Of a stretch of DNA of 64,000 bases, positions 44,296 through 53,861 are shown piece after piece; within the stretch, counting starts at the first letter, position 1; each line of letters opens with the position of its first letter. The DNA is from Bacteroidales bacterium. Lineage in GTDB: Bacteria > Bacteroidota > Bacteroidia > Bacteroidales > UBA12077. The DNA is taken from contig JBFXEQ010000005.1 in the NCBI GenBank assembly GCA_050179935.1, positions 39,738 to 103,737 on the forward strand, written 5' to 3'. Made by a program: the position numbers and the translations under genes. Below the pieces are notes generated by a model. That model saw nothing but the letters and a program-made list of their open reading frames with translations. It was not told the origin of the DNA and searched no databases.

Positions 44296-45216
44296 TTAGA
44301 GAATACTTAGAATTGCTTTCCCTTTACGCACTCCTTCCACCAAGCAATGCAAATATTCGGGCATGGGTTTGTTAAAGATCTCAGGTTTAAATGAACTTAC
44401 CTTAGTTTCAATACCAAATACATCAATCACAATAATTATTTTTGAGTTCTTATCCAACAAATCAGGATCGTTCTCGATTCGTAAAAACTTAAATGGGTAG
44501 GTTTTTCCAATTTTATAATGAGGATGGTTCGGTTCAATTTTTAGCTGTCCATCGGTGTCGAATTTGGTTACAGTACATTCAACCTGTCGGCCAATACAAA
44601 GGTTATAATGTTTGTACATATCCATTTTTAATGAATATGAATTACCAAAACCATCATGCAAAATGTAATACTTAACACCGTTTAAATCTTTTAATTCATA
44701 TACAGTGAACGCATATTTTTCGCCAATCTGCAAAAGCTTTCTTGTGTTTTCTGTTTCAGAATGAATTAAAAATAACTGTCCTTTTTTAATCCGCACAACT
44801 TTACATTTTATTCTTTCTCCAATATCTTCCGGATTTAAATTTTCAGGCATAGAACAACTGTTTTCATGTCCAAACCTATCCTTTACAATAATGATACTTT
44901 CCTTTTCGCCCACTGAGTTTGTGTGTGTTGAGAAACGAATCACATCAAAATCGTAAATCTCACCCGGCTTGTAAAAAGGATTTTCGGGTTCGAGAAATAT
45001 CTTACCACTGCAATTTATTTTATCAATTCTACAAGTAATATCAATTCCAACCGTTAGATTATAATGCTTAAAAGGAAAAGCTTTTAGCAAGTGCTTGCCT
45101 CCCCATTGGTTTTTGAGGATAAAGAAAGAATCATTTGTATCTGGAATCTCAGTATAATCAATAATTTTAAATTGATAAAAATCACCTTCGGTAAATTTAT
45201 ATTGGTTTTGATTCAA
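44296..45216 (-). CDS. Hypothetical protein built from four tandem OB/S1-like repeats (A-B-A-B pattern)
   Basis: Internal repeats start at 'GDFYQFKII', 'GEIYDFDVIRF', 'GEKYAFTVYEL' and 'GKTYPFKFLRI'. Repeats 1 and 3 share 'KHYNL.(V/I)G..(I/V).C...K' and '(L/I)EPN(P/H)P.Y'. Confidence 0.65.
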   Translation of the reverse strand: MNQNQYKFTEGDFYQFKIIDYTEIPDTNDSFFILKNQWGGKHLLKAFPFKHYNLTVGIDITCRIDKINCSGKIFLEPENPFYKPGEIYDFDVIRFSTHTNSVGEKESIIIVKDRFGHENSCSMPENLNPEDIGERIKCKVVRIKKGQLFLIHSETENTRKLLQIGEKYAFTVYELKDLNGVKYYILHDGFGNSYSLKMDMYKHYNLCIGRQVECTVTKFDTDGQLKIEPNHPHYKIGKTYPFKFLRIENDPDLLDKNSKIIIVIDVFGIETKVSSFKPEIFNKPMPEYLHCLVEGVRKGKAILSIL

Positions 45217-45271
45217 TTTTTATGAGTTTTATCTATATTTGTCAATATTTTTTTAAAATACTATAATATTT

Positions 45272-47575
45272 ATGAGACAATTTTACCTTAAAAAAACTAA
45301 TTATGCAATTACGGTAATTTTATTACTTCTAACATGTAAGCCATTAACAACTTTTTCTCAAAAGATACAGACAATAGTACATAGTTCTTCCACAGTATCT
45401 ACTTTTGTAGTAAAAAATGACACAATATGGATGGGAACAACTTCAGGAATAGTTATTATGGGTAAAAACAAAGAAATAATATCTACCTATCCCACCATAA
45501 ATGGCATTAACAACATAAACTTTTTTTCATCAGCTATTGATAATTCAGGCGATTTATGGTTTGGTTCAGACAAAGGTATTTTTGTATTTAGTGAAGGTAA
45601 CTGGAATAATTATTATCAAGATAGATGGGTTTTGGATATCGAAGTAGATATTGAAGGAAACATTTGGTTTGGAACCAATGGTGGCATTTTAAAATATAAA
45701 AATGGGTGGTCTTCAATTACAGAAGGTCTTTCTGAGCAAATAGTTTGGGCAATATTTAATGATTCAAATAATAATCTATGGGCCGGAACAACTTTGGGTT
45801 TAGATAAATTTAATGGGGTTAGTTGGGAAAATTTTAATACATCTGATGGTTTAACTGATAATAACATTCTGGATATTAATGAAGATAAATCCGGGAATTT
45901 ATGGGTTGGAACATCTAATGGTGGGGTATCAAAATACGATGGAACCAATTGGCAAAGTTATTTGGAATCTGAACAAATATTTTCAGTTGAAATAATAAAT
46001 GACACTGTTTGGTTTGGATCACATAATGGAGCATTTAAATTTTCAGAGATTGATACTATAAATTTTAAAACATCTGAAGGGCTCCTGGACAATTATGTAA
46101 AATCTATATTTATTGATGAAAATAGTTCTGTTTGGTTTAATAATTTAATAGGTATAACTGAATACGACTATATAAGCTTAGAAACCTATTCAATTACAAA
46201 TAACTTAGCCAATAACTTCGTTAGAAGTATTGCTATAGACACACTAAATAATACTAAATGGATTGGAACTGACAATGGAATCTCTGTTTTTGATGGCATT
46301 AACTGGACAACTTTTAATACATCGGATGGATTAACGGCAAATTTCATTAAGAATATAAAAATTGATTCAGACAATAATAAATGGATTGCAACAAATAATG
46401 GAGTTTCATTTTATGATGGAAATACATGGACTAATTATAATGCTGAACTGATTACAAATGATACCAGAAGCATTTCTATTGATACTTCAGGCAATGTTTG
46501 GATCGGCACATACTTAGGATTAAATAAATTCAATGGTTCAACATGGTCTTCTTATACTGTAAATGAGGGAATTATTGATAATAATATTATTACTACCTAT
46601 ATCGATAAAAATGACGATTTGTGGCTTGGAACTATAAGCGGGGTTTCGTTACTTAAAGATGAAAATTGGACAAATTATACAACTAGTGATGGATTAGTAA
46701 GCAATTATGTGAGTGCAATTATACAGGATACTTTAGGAAACTATTGGTTTGGAACAGATAATGGATTTTCAAAATTTGATGGAACAGATTGGACCTCCTA
46801 TGGAAACGATTTAGAAACAATTTTTTGTTTAGAAATTGACAAACTTAACAATTTATGGATTGGAACACTAGATGGTGTTTATGTTTTAGAAAAGGATTCA
46901 CTTAAACATTATAATGAATTTGATAATCTTGCTGGCAATAATATTTTTGCAATAGAGGTAGATAAGGAAGGTTTTAAATGGATTGGATGTAATAAGGGGC
47001 TCACATTCTTTAACTATTATCCAGAAAGTTCCGATACAACTTTAACATATGAATCAGGTTCAAAAAATTTGTCAGAAAGTTCTATTCTAAAAATAAAGGC
47101 AAAGGATGCTGATGGCAATAATTTAAAATTCTCGATTGAGGATAACTCAAATACACAAAATATTTTTAAAATTAATCAATTGACAGGTGATATAACCACC
47201 AATAACGTTGATACCCTAACAAAAACATATGTTTTAGACATAAAAATAACTGATGGTAAAGCATCAACTAATTCAAAAGTAACTTTAACGTTCATTAACT
47301 CATCTAATAATATCGAAAACAATAATAAGATAAGCGAGTATAGGATCTTTCCAAATCCTGCAATAAATTATATCATTATTGATAAAAGCAATAATGATGA
47401 AGCTGTGGCTATCCAATTGATTGATATGACTGGCAAAACAATCCTTAGAAAAGCTATAAAGGATGGGGAGTCAGGACAAATAAAACTTGATTTGCCTGAT
47501 TTAAAAATTGGTACATATATCTTAAACCTAAAGCATGCTGACAAATCAGTTACTCATAAGCTTATAATTAACTAG
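45272..47575 (+). CDS. Secreted two-component-regulator-propeller (Reg_prop) repeat protein with a cadherin-like module and a T9SS C-terminal sorting domain
   Basis: Many 'W.GT..G...(F/Y)(D/N)G..W..(F/Y)' repeats. The C-terminus 'YRIFPNPAINYIIID...GTYILNLKH....HKLIIN' is Por_Secre_tail-like. Confidence 0.85.
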   Translation: MRQFYLKKTNYAITVILLLLTCKPLTTFSQKIQTIVHSSSTVSTFVVKNDTIWMGTTSGIVIMGKNKEIISTYPTINGINNINFFSSAIDNSGDLWFGSDKGIFVFSEGNWNNYYQDRWVLDIEVDIEGNIWFGTNGGILKYKNGWSSITEGLSEQIVWAIFNDSNNNLWAGTTLGLDKFNGVSWENFNTSDGLTDNNILDINEDKSGNLWVGTSNGGVSKYDGTNWQSYLESEQIFSVEIINDTVWFGSHNGAFKFSEIDTINFKTSEGLLDNYVKSIFIDENSSVWFNNLIGITEYDYISLETYSITNNLANNFVRSIAIDTLNNTKWIGTDNGISVFDGINWTTFNTSDGLTANFIKNIKIDSDNNKWIATNNGVSFYDGNTWTNYNAELITNDTRSISIDTSGNVWIGTYLGLNKFNGSTWSSYTVNEGIIDNNIITTYIDKNDDLWLGTISGVSLLKDENWTNYTTSDGLVSNYVSAIIQDTLGNYWFGTDNGFSKFDGTDWTSYGNDLETIFCLEIDKLNNLWIGTLDGVYVLEKDSLKHYNEFDNLAGNNIFAIEVDKEGFKWIGCNKGLTFFNYYPESSDTTLTYESGSKNLSESSILKIKAKDADGNNLKFSIEDNSNTQNIFKINQLTGDITTNNVDTLTKTYVLDIKITDGKASTNSKVTLTFINSSNNIENNNKISEYRIFPNPAINYIIIDKSNNDEAVAIQLIDMTGKTILRKAIKDGESGQIKLDLPDLKIGTYILNLKHADKSVTHKLIIN

Positions 47576-47593
47576 AAATAAATACTATTTTTT

Positions 47594-47630
47594 AAAACCC
47601 TGAATAGTAATATTTCAGGGTTTTCTATTT
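47594..47630 (+). terminator. Rho-independent terminator
   Basis: 'AAAACCCTGAA-tagtaatat-TTCAGGGTTTT' followed by a T-rich tract. Confidence 0.8.
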
Positions 47631-47696
47631 TATTAACATAAATAACAAGTAAGTATTTTGTTTTGCTATTTTTGCATTTTATAAATTAAACTTATT

Positions 47697-48143
47697 ATGA
47701 ATTCTATAAAAGTAGTTTCAGTAAATATATCCGAAAAAAAAGGAACCATAAAAAAACCTGTTGATGGTATTAATTTAACAGAATTAGGTGTTGAACGTGA
47801 TGCACATGCCGGTGAATGGCATAGGCAGGTTAGTTTGCTGGCAAAAGAAAGTATTGAGAAATTTGAAAAAGTACTAGGTAGAAAACTTGAATATGGCGAA
47901 TTTGCTGAAAATATTACCACCGAGGGAATTACCTTACATACAAAAAAACCAGGAGATAAGATTATTATAGGAGAAGTTGAGCTTGAGATAACCCAAATAG
48001 GTAAGGAATGTCATGGTACAGGTTGTGCTATTTTTAGTCAGGTGGGCCAGTGCGTAATGCCAAAGGAAGGAATATTTGCAAAAGTGATAAAAACAGGCAA
48101 AATTAAAGCCAACGATACCATTGTATATATTGAAAACAAATAA
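47697..48143 (+). CDS. MOSC-domain protein (stand-alone)
   Basis: 'ERDAHAG.WHRQVSLL', 'GEFAENITTEG' and the Cys-rich block 'IGKECHGTGCAIFSQVGQCVMPKEGIF'. Confidence 0.85.
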   Translation: MNSIKVVSVNISEKKGTIKKPVDGINLTELGVERDAHAGEWHRQVSLLAKESIEKFEKVLGRKLEYGEFAENITTEGITLHTKKPGDKIIIGEVELEITQIGKECHGTGCAIFSQVGQCVMPKEGIFAKVIKTGKIKANDTIVYIENK

Positions 48144-48151
48144 CTACAAAC

Positions 48152-49069
48152 ATGATAAAAGGCAAGGTATTATCAGTTAGTTTTTCGTCAGAACGCGGAC
48201 CTAAAAAGCCGGTAAATGAATTAAATCTGAACGAAAAAGGTATTGTCGGTGATGTGCATGCAGGAACAGGAAGACAAGTAAGTATTATCGATATTTATCA
48301 TATTAATCGTTTTAAAGAAATTACCAGCTCACGAGATACTGAGTTTGGCGAGTTTGCCGAAAATATTACAGCCGAAGGTTTGCAGGAGATCGATTTTCGG
48401 GTTTTCGATCAATTAAAAATAGGAACTTCAGTTTTAGAAGTTACACAAGTTGGAAAACCTTTTCATGATCAGTTTCGCGAACTTGGAAATTATGTAATGC
48501 CACGGGTTGGTATATTTTGTAGAGTAAAAGTTAAAGGTATTATTAAACCCGGAGATGAAATCGCATATATTCCCAAGCTATTTAAGGTTCTTGTAATAAC
48601 ATTAAGTGACAGAGCCAGCGCTGGAGAATATGAAGATAAAAGCGGTCCAAGAATAATTGAACTATTGAACTCCTATTTAAAGAAGATTAATGTTAACCAT
48701 CAGATTAATAGTGATATAATTCCTGACAACAAAGAAAAACTTACCGAATTAATTTTAAAAGCAAAAAAAGAATCAATCGATATAATAATTACCACCGGTG
48801 GAACAGGAATTGGTCCGAGAGATATAACTGTCGAAACAATTAAACCAATGCTCGACAAAGAGATACCGGGTATTATGGAAATGATTCGTATGAAATACGG
48901 TCTGGAGAAACCAAATGCCTTATTAAGCCTTGGCGTTGCCGGAGTTATGGGACAAAGTCTAGTTTATACCTTACCCGGAAGTGTTAAAGCGGTTGATGAA
49001 TACATGACCGAAATTTTAAAAACATTACAGCATCTTATTTATATGCTACATGGAATAGATGTTCATTAA
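48152..49069 (+). CDS. Fusion of a MOSC-like domain and the MogA/MoaB molybdopterin adenylyltransferase domain
   Basis: The N-terminal half is paralogous to the preceding ORF ('GEFAENITAEG') but lacks its Cys block. The C-terminal half has 'ITLSDRASAGEYEDKSGP' and 'TTGGTGIGPRDITVE'. Confidence 0.85.
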   Translation: MIKGKVLSVSFSSERGPKKPVNELNLNEKGIVGDVHAGTGRQVSIIDIYHINRFKEITSSRDTEFGEFAENITAEGLQEIDFRVFDQLKIGTSVLEVTQVGKPFHDQFRELGNYVMPRVGIFCRVKVKGIIKPGDEIAYIPKLFKVLVITLSDRASAGEYEDKSGPRIIELLNSYLKKINVNHQINSDIIPDNKEKLTELILKAKKESIDIIITTGGTGIGPRDITVETIKPMLDKEIPGIMEMIRMKYGLEKPNALLSLGVAGVMGQSLVYTLPGSVKAVDEYMTEILKTLQHLIYMLHGIDVH

Positions 49070-49080
49070 TAATTACTTTT

Positions 49081-49635
49081 ATGAATAGAGATCAAGCCGA
49101 AGAACTTTTAAAATCATATATCAAGAACGAAAAAATGCTATATCACAGCTATTCTTCAGAGGCAGTATTGCGTGCATTAGCAAAACGATTGGGCCGCGAT
49201 GAGGAAAAATGGGGATTAGCAGGCTTACTTCACGATATTGACAGCGAAATAACCAATGGCGATTCTAAGAGACATGCCTTAGAAGCTGTTGAGATTCTTC
49301 GTAAGCATGGTATTGATGAAGAAATAATTGATGCCATAAAAATGCATAACGAACATGCCACAGGTATGGAACGCACAACAGAATTTCAACATGCATTAGC
49401 GGCCGGTGAAACAATTACCGGATTAATTTATGCTACAGCCCTTGTTTATCCAGATAAGAAAATTAAAGATGTTCAAACCAAATCGGTTACAAAGCGAATG
49501 AATCAATCGGCTTTTGCTGCATCAGTAAATCGAACTACCATAATGGAGTGCGAAAAAATTGGACTGCCATTAAATGAATTTGCAGAAATTTCTATTAACG
49601 CGATGAAACAAATTGCAGAAAAAATTGGATTATAG
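49081..49635 (+). CDS. HD-domain protein (small, stand-alone)
   Basis: 'H......AGLLHDID' HD motif and a further 'H..H' block. Confidence 0.75.
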   Translation: MNRDQAEELLKSYIKNEKMLYHSYSSEAVLRALAKRLGRDEEKWGLAGLLHDIDSEITNGDSKRHALEAVEILRKHGIDEEIIDAIKMHNEHATGMERTTEFQHALAAGETITGLIYATALVYPDKKIKDVQTKSVTKRMNQSAFAASVNRTTIMECEKIGLPLNEFAEISINAMKQIAEKIGL

Positions 49636-49974
49636 TCGCCTCCTCTCAACTTTCCTTATCTTAATCGCCTATAATACAATCTTTTAGATTATATTTTTTA
49701 AACTATTCAAATCAGACAAATTGTTAATCAACACATTAGAACAGAAAACATGTTTTAAAGCATCTGTTTTTAATGAGACTCATTCTAAAGTATGGCTAAA
49801 AAATCTGGTAATATAAAATCTATCAGTAGCTTACAAGGCTGTTCATAACCAATTTTGGAGAAATGGTTGTAGATTTCAATTTTTTAATAAATTTGACCGT
49901 CATTAACTTAGAGGGAATGTTCCCATATTAAATAGTTTTACTACTAGTTCTTTTATTAATTAAACTCAACTATT

Positions 49975-50598
49975 ATGATACCATCAAAAGAAGAAATTAA
50001 AATTTCGGCAGCGATACTCGCAGGTGGTGCGAATAAGCGGTTTAATGGAAAAACAAAAGCAAACATCCAGATTAGTGGTGTTCGAATAATAACCCGCGCC
50101 ATTAAAACTCTCTATGATATTTTTAATGATATCGTAATTGTAACCAATACACCAGAAGAGTTCAAAACCTGCCAGCAGTTTACGATCGTTCCTGATAAAA
50201 TTAAAAATGTTGGTCCTCTTGGAGGTATTCATGCAGCACTTAATGCTGCTAAACACGAGGCTGTATTTGTATTTGCCAGCGATATGCCTTGTCTCTCAGG
50301 AGATCTTATTAAAGAGCACATTGAGTTTTATTTAAAACACAGATGTGATGCGGCTATACCTGCAATTAAAAAAACGATTGAGCCACTGCATGCAATTTAC
50401 AACAAACGCATTGAAGACCAGCTGTTTGATTTTTTAGGTACTGCAGATAAATACTCAGTTGAAACTTTTTTAAGCCAGATAAATACCAAATATCATAAAT
50501 TGGCTGATACAGACCAAAATAGAAAAGCATTTATAAATATTAATACACCCGAGGAACTTTCGAACATAGAACTTTTAACCGAAAGTGGTTACAGATAG
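49975..50598 (+). CDS. mobA: Molybdenum cofactor guanylyltransferase MobA
   Basis: 'AAILAGGANKRF', 'GPLGGIHAAL', 'ASDMP' and 'FININTPEE'. Confidence 0.88.
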   Translation: MIPSKEEIKISAAILAGGANKRFNGKTKANIQISGVRIITRAIKTLYDIFNDIVIVTNTPEEFKTCQQFTIVPDKIKNVGPLGGIHAALNAAKHEAVFVFASDMPCLSGDLIKEHIEFYLKHRCDAAIPAIKKTIEPLHAIYNKRIEDQLFDFLGTADKYSVETFLSQINTKYHKLADTDQNRKAFININTPEELSNIELLTESGYR

Positions 50599-50655
50599 AG
50601 CAACTAAACAAAATCTATTGAAATGCTATTGTATGAATAAGTGCAATAGCATTTT

Positions 50656-51588
50656 TTATTCTTTTTGCTCACCAAAATCAATTTTTGCAAAAATTGATTT
50701 CCAACTCCCCCAATTGTATTTTTTGGATACGATCACTAAAAATATAATTACGGCAAATCCAAGTATTAGAAATTCAAATTCCGGATTTATTACGGTAGTT
50801 TTAAAAATGGCAGGAGTTTGCAAAACAGCACTTTTATGAGTAATAAAAAGCGAACTGAAAATATTGTTTATTGCATGAACACCAATAGCGAGTTCAAGTC
50901 CATCATCCATAATAACCAATATTCCGAAAAACAAACCCAGTAATATATATTGCGGAAGCATAATGCCAACTCCAAATTCTTTAATCTCAGGATTTGCCAG
51001 ATGCATAACCCCGAATAAAATAGAAGTTATGAGTAATGGAATCCATTTGTTTTTAAACAATAGCGAAGTACCTTGCATCAGATAACCTCTGAAAAACACT
51101 TCTTCGAAAGTGGTTTGAAAAGGCAATAATAGAAAAGCTACAAACAAAAGTATAATAAATTTTGCAGGCTGAAACTGAAACTCAAAAGCATCGGGATTAT
51201 TCAGATAACTGACAAAAGAGGAAATTAAGAACAAAATTCCCCAAATCATTGCTGCAAAGAAAACCCTTTTCCAGTCAAACTTATTGCGACCGGTAATTAT
51301 GTCGAGCATTTTTTTCTTATGCAATGAGTCGGCACACACCCATAAACCGAGCAATCCCATGGCAAAAGGGAGAATCATAAGTGCTAAAAACACATTCAAA
51401 TCAATGCCCAGGCTTACCGGATTAAGAATACTTGCATCATGAGCAACATTACCAGACGATTTAGCAAAAGAAACCACAATTGCCAATGGTACAGCACCCA
51501 ACAATTGTATAAAAGCTATAATAATTAGTATGGAAAAAAAATATCTCCAAAACTGATTTTTACCTAAAATTGATTTTTCGAAATACAT
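50656..51588 (-). CDS. CPBP-family (CAAX) intramembrane metalloprotease
   Basis: Polytopic protein with 'EEVFFRGYL', 'FGVMH' and 'HAINN' motifs. Confidence 0.85.
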   Translation of the reverse strand: MYFEKSILGKNQFWRYFFSILIIIAFIQLLGAVPLAIVVSFAKSSGNVAHDASILNPVSLGIDLNVFLALMILPFAMGLLGLWVCADSLHKKKMLDIITGRNKFDWKRVFFAAMIWGILFLISSFVSYLNNPDAFEFQFQPAKFIILLFVAFLLLPFQTTFEEVFFRGYLMQGTSLLFKNKWIPLLITSILFGVMHLANPEIKEFGVGIMLPQYILLGLFFGILVIMDDGLELAIGVHAINNIFSSLFITHKSAVLQTPAIFKTTVINPEFEFLILGFAVIIFLVIVSKKYNWGSWKSIFAKIDFGEQKE

Positions 51589-51699
51589 AATTCGTTTATT
51601 TTATTTAACCATTAATTTTTTTCATCATTATGTCAGCATCTCATTACGCATACAAAATCAGAAACCTCATAATTCCCTTATGAATTAAAGCATACAGTG

Positions 51700-52683
51700 T
51701 TATTGACTAGGCTTTTTATTTCTTAATATCCCGAACAAATCACGAACGCGTTGTACCCAATTCTTTTCAGGTTCTTTTTCGTTTATAAAATCAAGCAACA
51801 CCTTCGAAAACTCAGGTGCTCGGAGGTAACCAAATGATTTGTGCGGATTTGATTTTTTATTAATCTCATAATCATTATGTACAATATAATCAATAGGTTG
51901 TATGCCGTATTTATTAGCATCAAAATCTTTGTTCAGACTATAGTTTATTGCTACATCATCTTCGATATCGGAAAAATTAAACCAGTTTTTTTGCACACCA
52001 GGTGGCGTTTTAAGTTTAATATCGTTTAAAATAATCTTTTTTTCAAGTGCGATTTTACTCCTTACAAATGGGATTCCGAGTGGAGAACCTATTGTAGCAA
52101 ATGTATGAATCTTAAAATCGGGTAAATTAAAGGTTAAAATATCGTATGCAACAATTGACCCCATGCTATGTGAAACCATAAAAATATCATCACCTCTATG
52201 TTTTATAAGTGTTTTTCTAAGACGCTCTCTAATCTGATCACGTGCAAAGCTCACGATTCCGTTTTTTATTATTTTATCATTCAGATAATAAGCCTCAAGA
52301 TCTTTAAAATAATTATGAATGATTGCATCTGAGATAAATGAATAATTAACCGTCATATCATTATTTAAGAAAATCTTATCAGCAGCCTCGTCAAACCAAT
52401 CGAGCACTTTTTTACGTACAGAAATGTCTTTTTTAATTAGTGTTTTTTTAGCTTGCACATAAGGCTCATCAATAAAAGAAAGGTCGTTTGGATTAGTAAT
52501 CGTTTCGTCTGTTGGCTTTTCATGTAAAATATCGGCCCAATAAACCAACTCAAACTTAGGCATTGTATAATCAACACCTGTTTTATCAAGGCCTTCGATA
52601 ATAGCCATTCTCCACCAATCTTGGAGTAGCTCTTTTCGGGGTTTATTACCCAATCCGTGTATACCTATAATTACTTTTGCCAT
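51700..52683 (-). CDS. Alpha/beta-hydrolase (lipase/esterase-like) protein
   Basis: Nucleophile elbow 'SHSMGS' and the N-terminal 'IGIHGLG'. Confidence 0.7.
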   Translation of the reverse strand: MAKVIIGIHGLGNKPRKELLQDWWRMAIIEGLDKTGVDYTMPKFELVYWADILHEKPTDETITNPNDLSFIDEPYVQAKKTLIKKDISVRKKVLDWFDEAADKIFLNNDMTVNYSFISDAIIHNYFKDLEAYYLNDKIIKNGIVSFARDQIRERLRKTLIKHRGDDIFMVSHSMGSIVAYDILTFNLPDFKIHTFATIGSPLGIPFVRSKIALEKKIILNDIKLKTPPGVQKNWFNFSDIEDDVAINYSLNKDFDANKYGIQPIDYIVHNDYEINKKSNPHKSFGYLRAPEFSKVLLDFINEKEPEKNWVQRVRDLFGILRNKKPSQ

Positions 52684-52692
52684 TCAATTTTT

Positions 52693-53442
52693 CTAGTTTA
52701 ATTCCGAAATAACAAATCCCGCTTTGTCTGTTGTTATTCCATCCACTCCAAAATTAATAAGTTCTTTTATTCTTTTAATATCATTCACTGTCCAAACATA
52801 TAATCTTAGATTTACTGATTTTATTCTCGAAATATTTCTTTGTGTAAGATGAATTCCATCGTTCAGGTTTAATCCGTTTAACTTATTTTTCATTGTTTGT
52901 TCAATGATTTTATGTATTGATGATTGAAAAAACCTAAATATTTTATAATTACTAATAGCAACAATCCAATAAGCGTGGTATTGAGGTAGTTTTTTTCTGA
53001 TCTCTTTTAAGACATTTAATTTAAAACTGATAATTTCGATTTGATTTGGCTGCAATCCTGCATTTAACAAATCGTTCATAAGCAATGGAACTATTTCCTT
53101 TCCACATTTAATCTCGATAATGATTTTTTTGTTAGCAGGAACCGTATTTAGCACTTCGGTTAGCTCAGGTATCTTTTCTTCTTCGTACTTTTTATCTTTA
53201 AATCTACCAACATCAAGTTTCTTTAGATCTTTGAGCATTGATTTCCTAACCCATTTAAATCTACCCGAAACACGAATTGTATTAGCATCGTGAATCACAA
53301 CTATTCGATTATCTTTTGTTAAACGAATATCTATTTCAACTGCATCGCTCCCATTTGCCCAGGCCAAATTAATTGATGACAAGGTATTTTCGGGAGCCAA
53401 AAACGATTCGCCTCGGTGAGCAATAACAAAATAATTTTTCAT
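52693..53442 (-). CDS. Glycerophosphodiester phosphodiesterase
   Basis: 'VIAHRGES..APENTL' and 'AVEIDIRLTKD...VVIHD'. I prefer the ATG at 53442 over the upstream TTG at 53451. Confidence 0.85.
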   Translation of the reverse strand: MKNYFVIAHRGESFLAPENTLSSINLAWANGSDAVEIDIRLTKDNRIVVIHDANTIRVSGRFKWVRKSMLKDLKKLDVGRFKDKKYEEEKIPELTEVLNTVPANKKIIIEIKCGKEIVPLLMNDLLNAGLQPNQIEIISFKLNVLKEIRKKLPQYHAYWIVAISNYKIFRFFQSSIHKIIEQTMKNKLNGLNLNDGIHLTQRNISRIKSVNLRLYVWTVNDIKRIKELINFGVDGITTDKAGFVISELN

Positions 53443-53573
53443 AACAGACAAATTTATGCCTTAAAGACTTAATAAAATTAAACTATTTTATCAGGAATTG
53501 CATTGGATTATCAGTTACAACTAAAAACTATTTGAATGTCCGTTTTATGTCATAAATATTATGTAAATAAATT

Positions 53574-53663
53574 GAAAATCAATTTGTTTGCCCCAAACCC
53601 CTAAAGGGTGCAAATTGATTTTCTTCACACCCTTCAGGGACGGGGCAAATGAAGAAAATCATT
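53574..53663. repeat. Twin-hairpin intergenic repeat, copy B (inverted relative to copy A)
   Basis: '...AAAATCAATTTGTTTGCCCCAAACCCCTAAAGGGTGCAAATTGATTTTCTTCACACCCTTCAGGGACGGGGCAAATGAAGAAAATCA...' matches the reverse complement of 35457-35542 at most positions. Confidence 0.85.
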
Positions 53664-53861
53664 AACAACAATTATGAATAAAAGCGGACGATCGTTAAAA
53701 ACTATTTATTACCTTATGATCTGCAAAAAAAATATTTGTTTCATTCCTCTTTTTTCGCAACATTTTTACATTTACATAATGGAGCTTAATTCTATTCTTG
53801 ATTAAAGAATAACCGGCACAAAAATCTCTTAAAATTAATACCTTTGAACAAAACAAAAATA

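Noticed and set aside
50585-50839. 84-aa plus-strand ORF after mobA
   Set aside because: It overlaps the 3' end of the CPBP protease gene in antisense and starts with a non-ATG codon inside mobA's end. It has no independent support.
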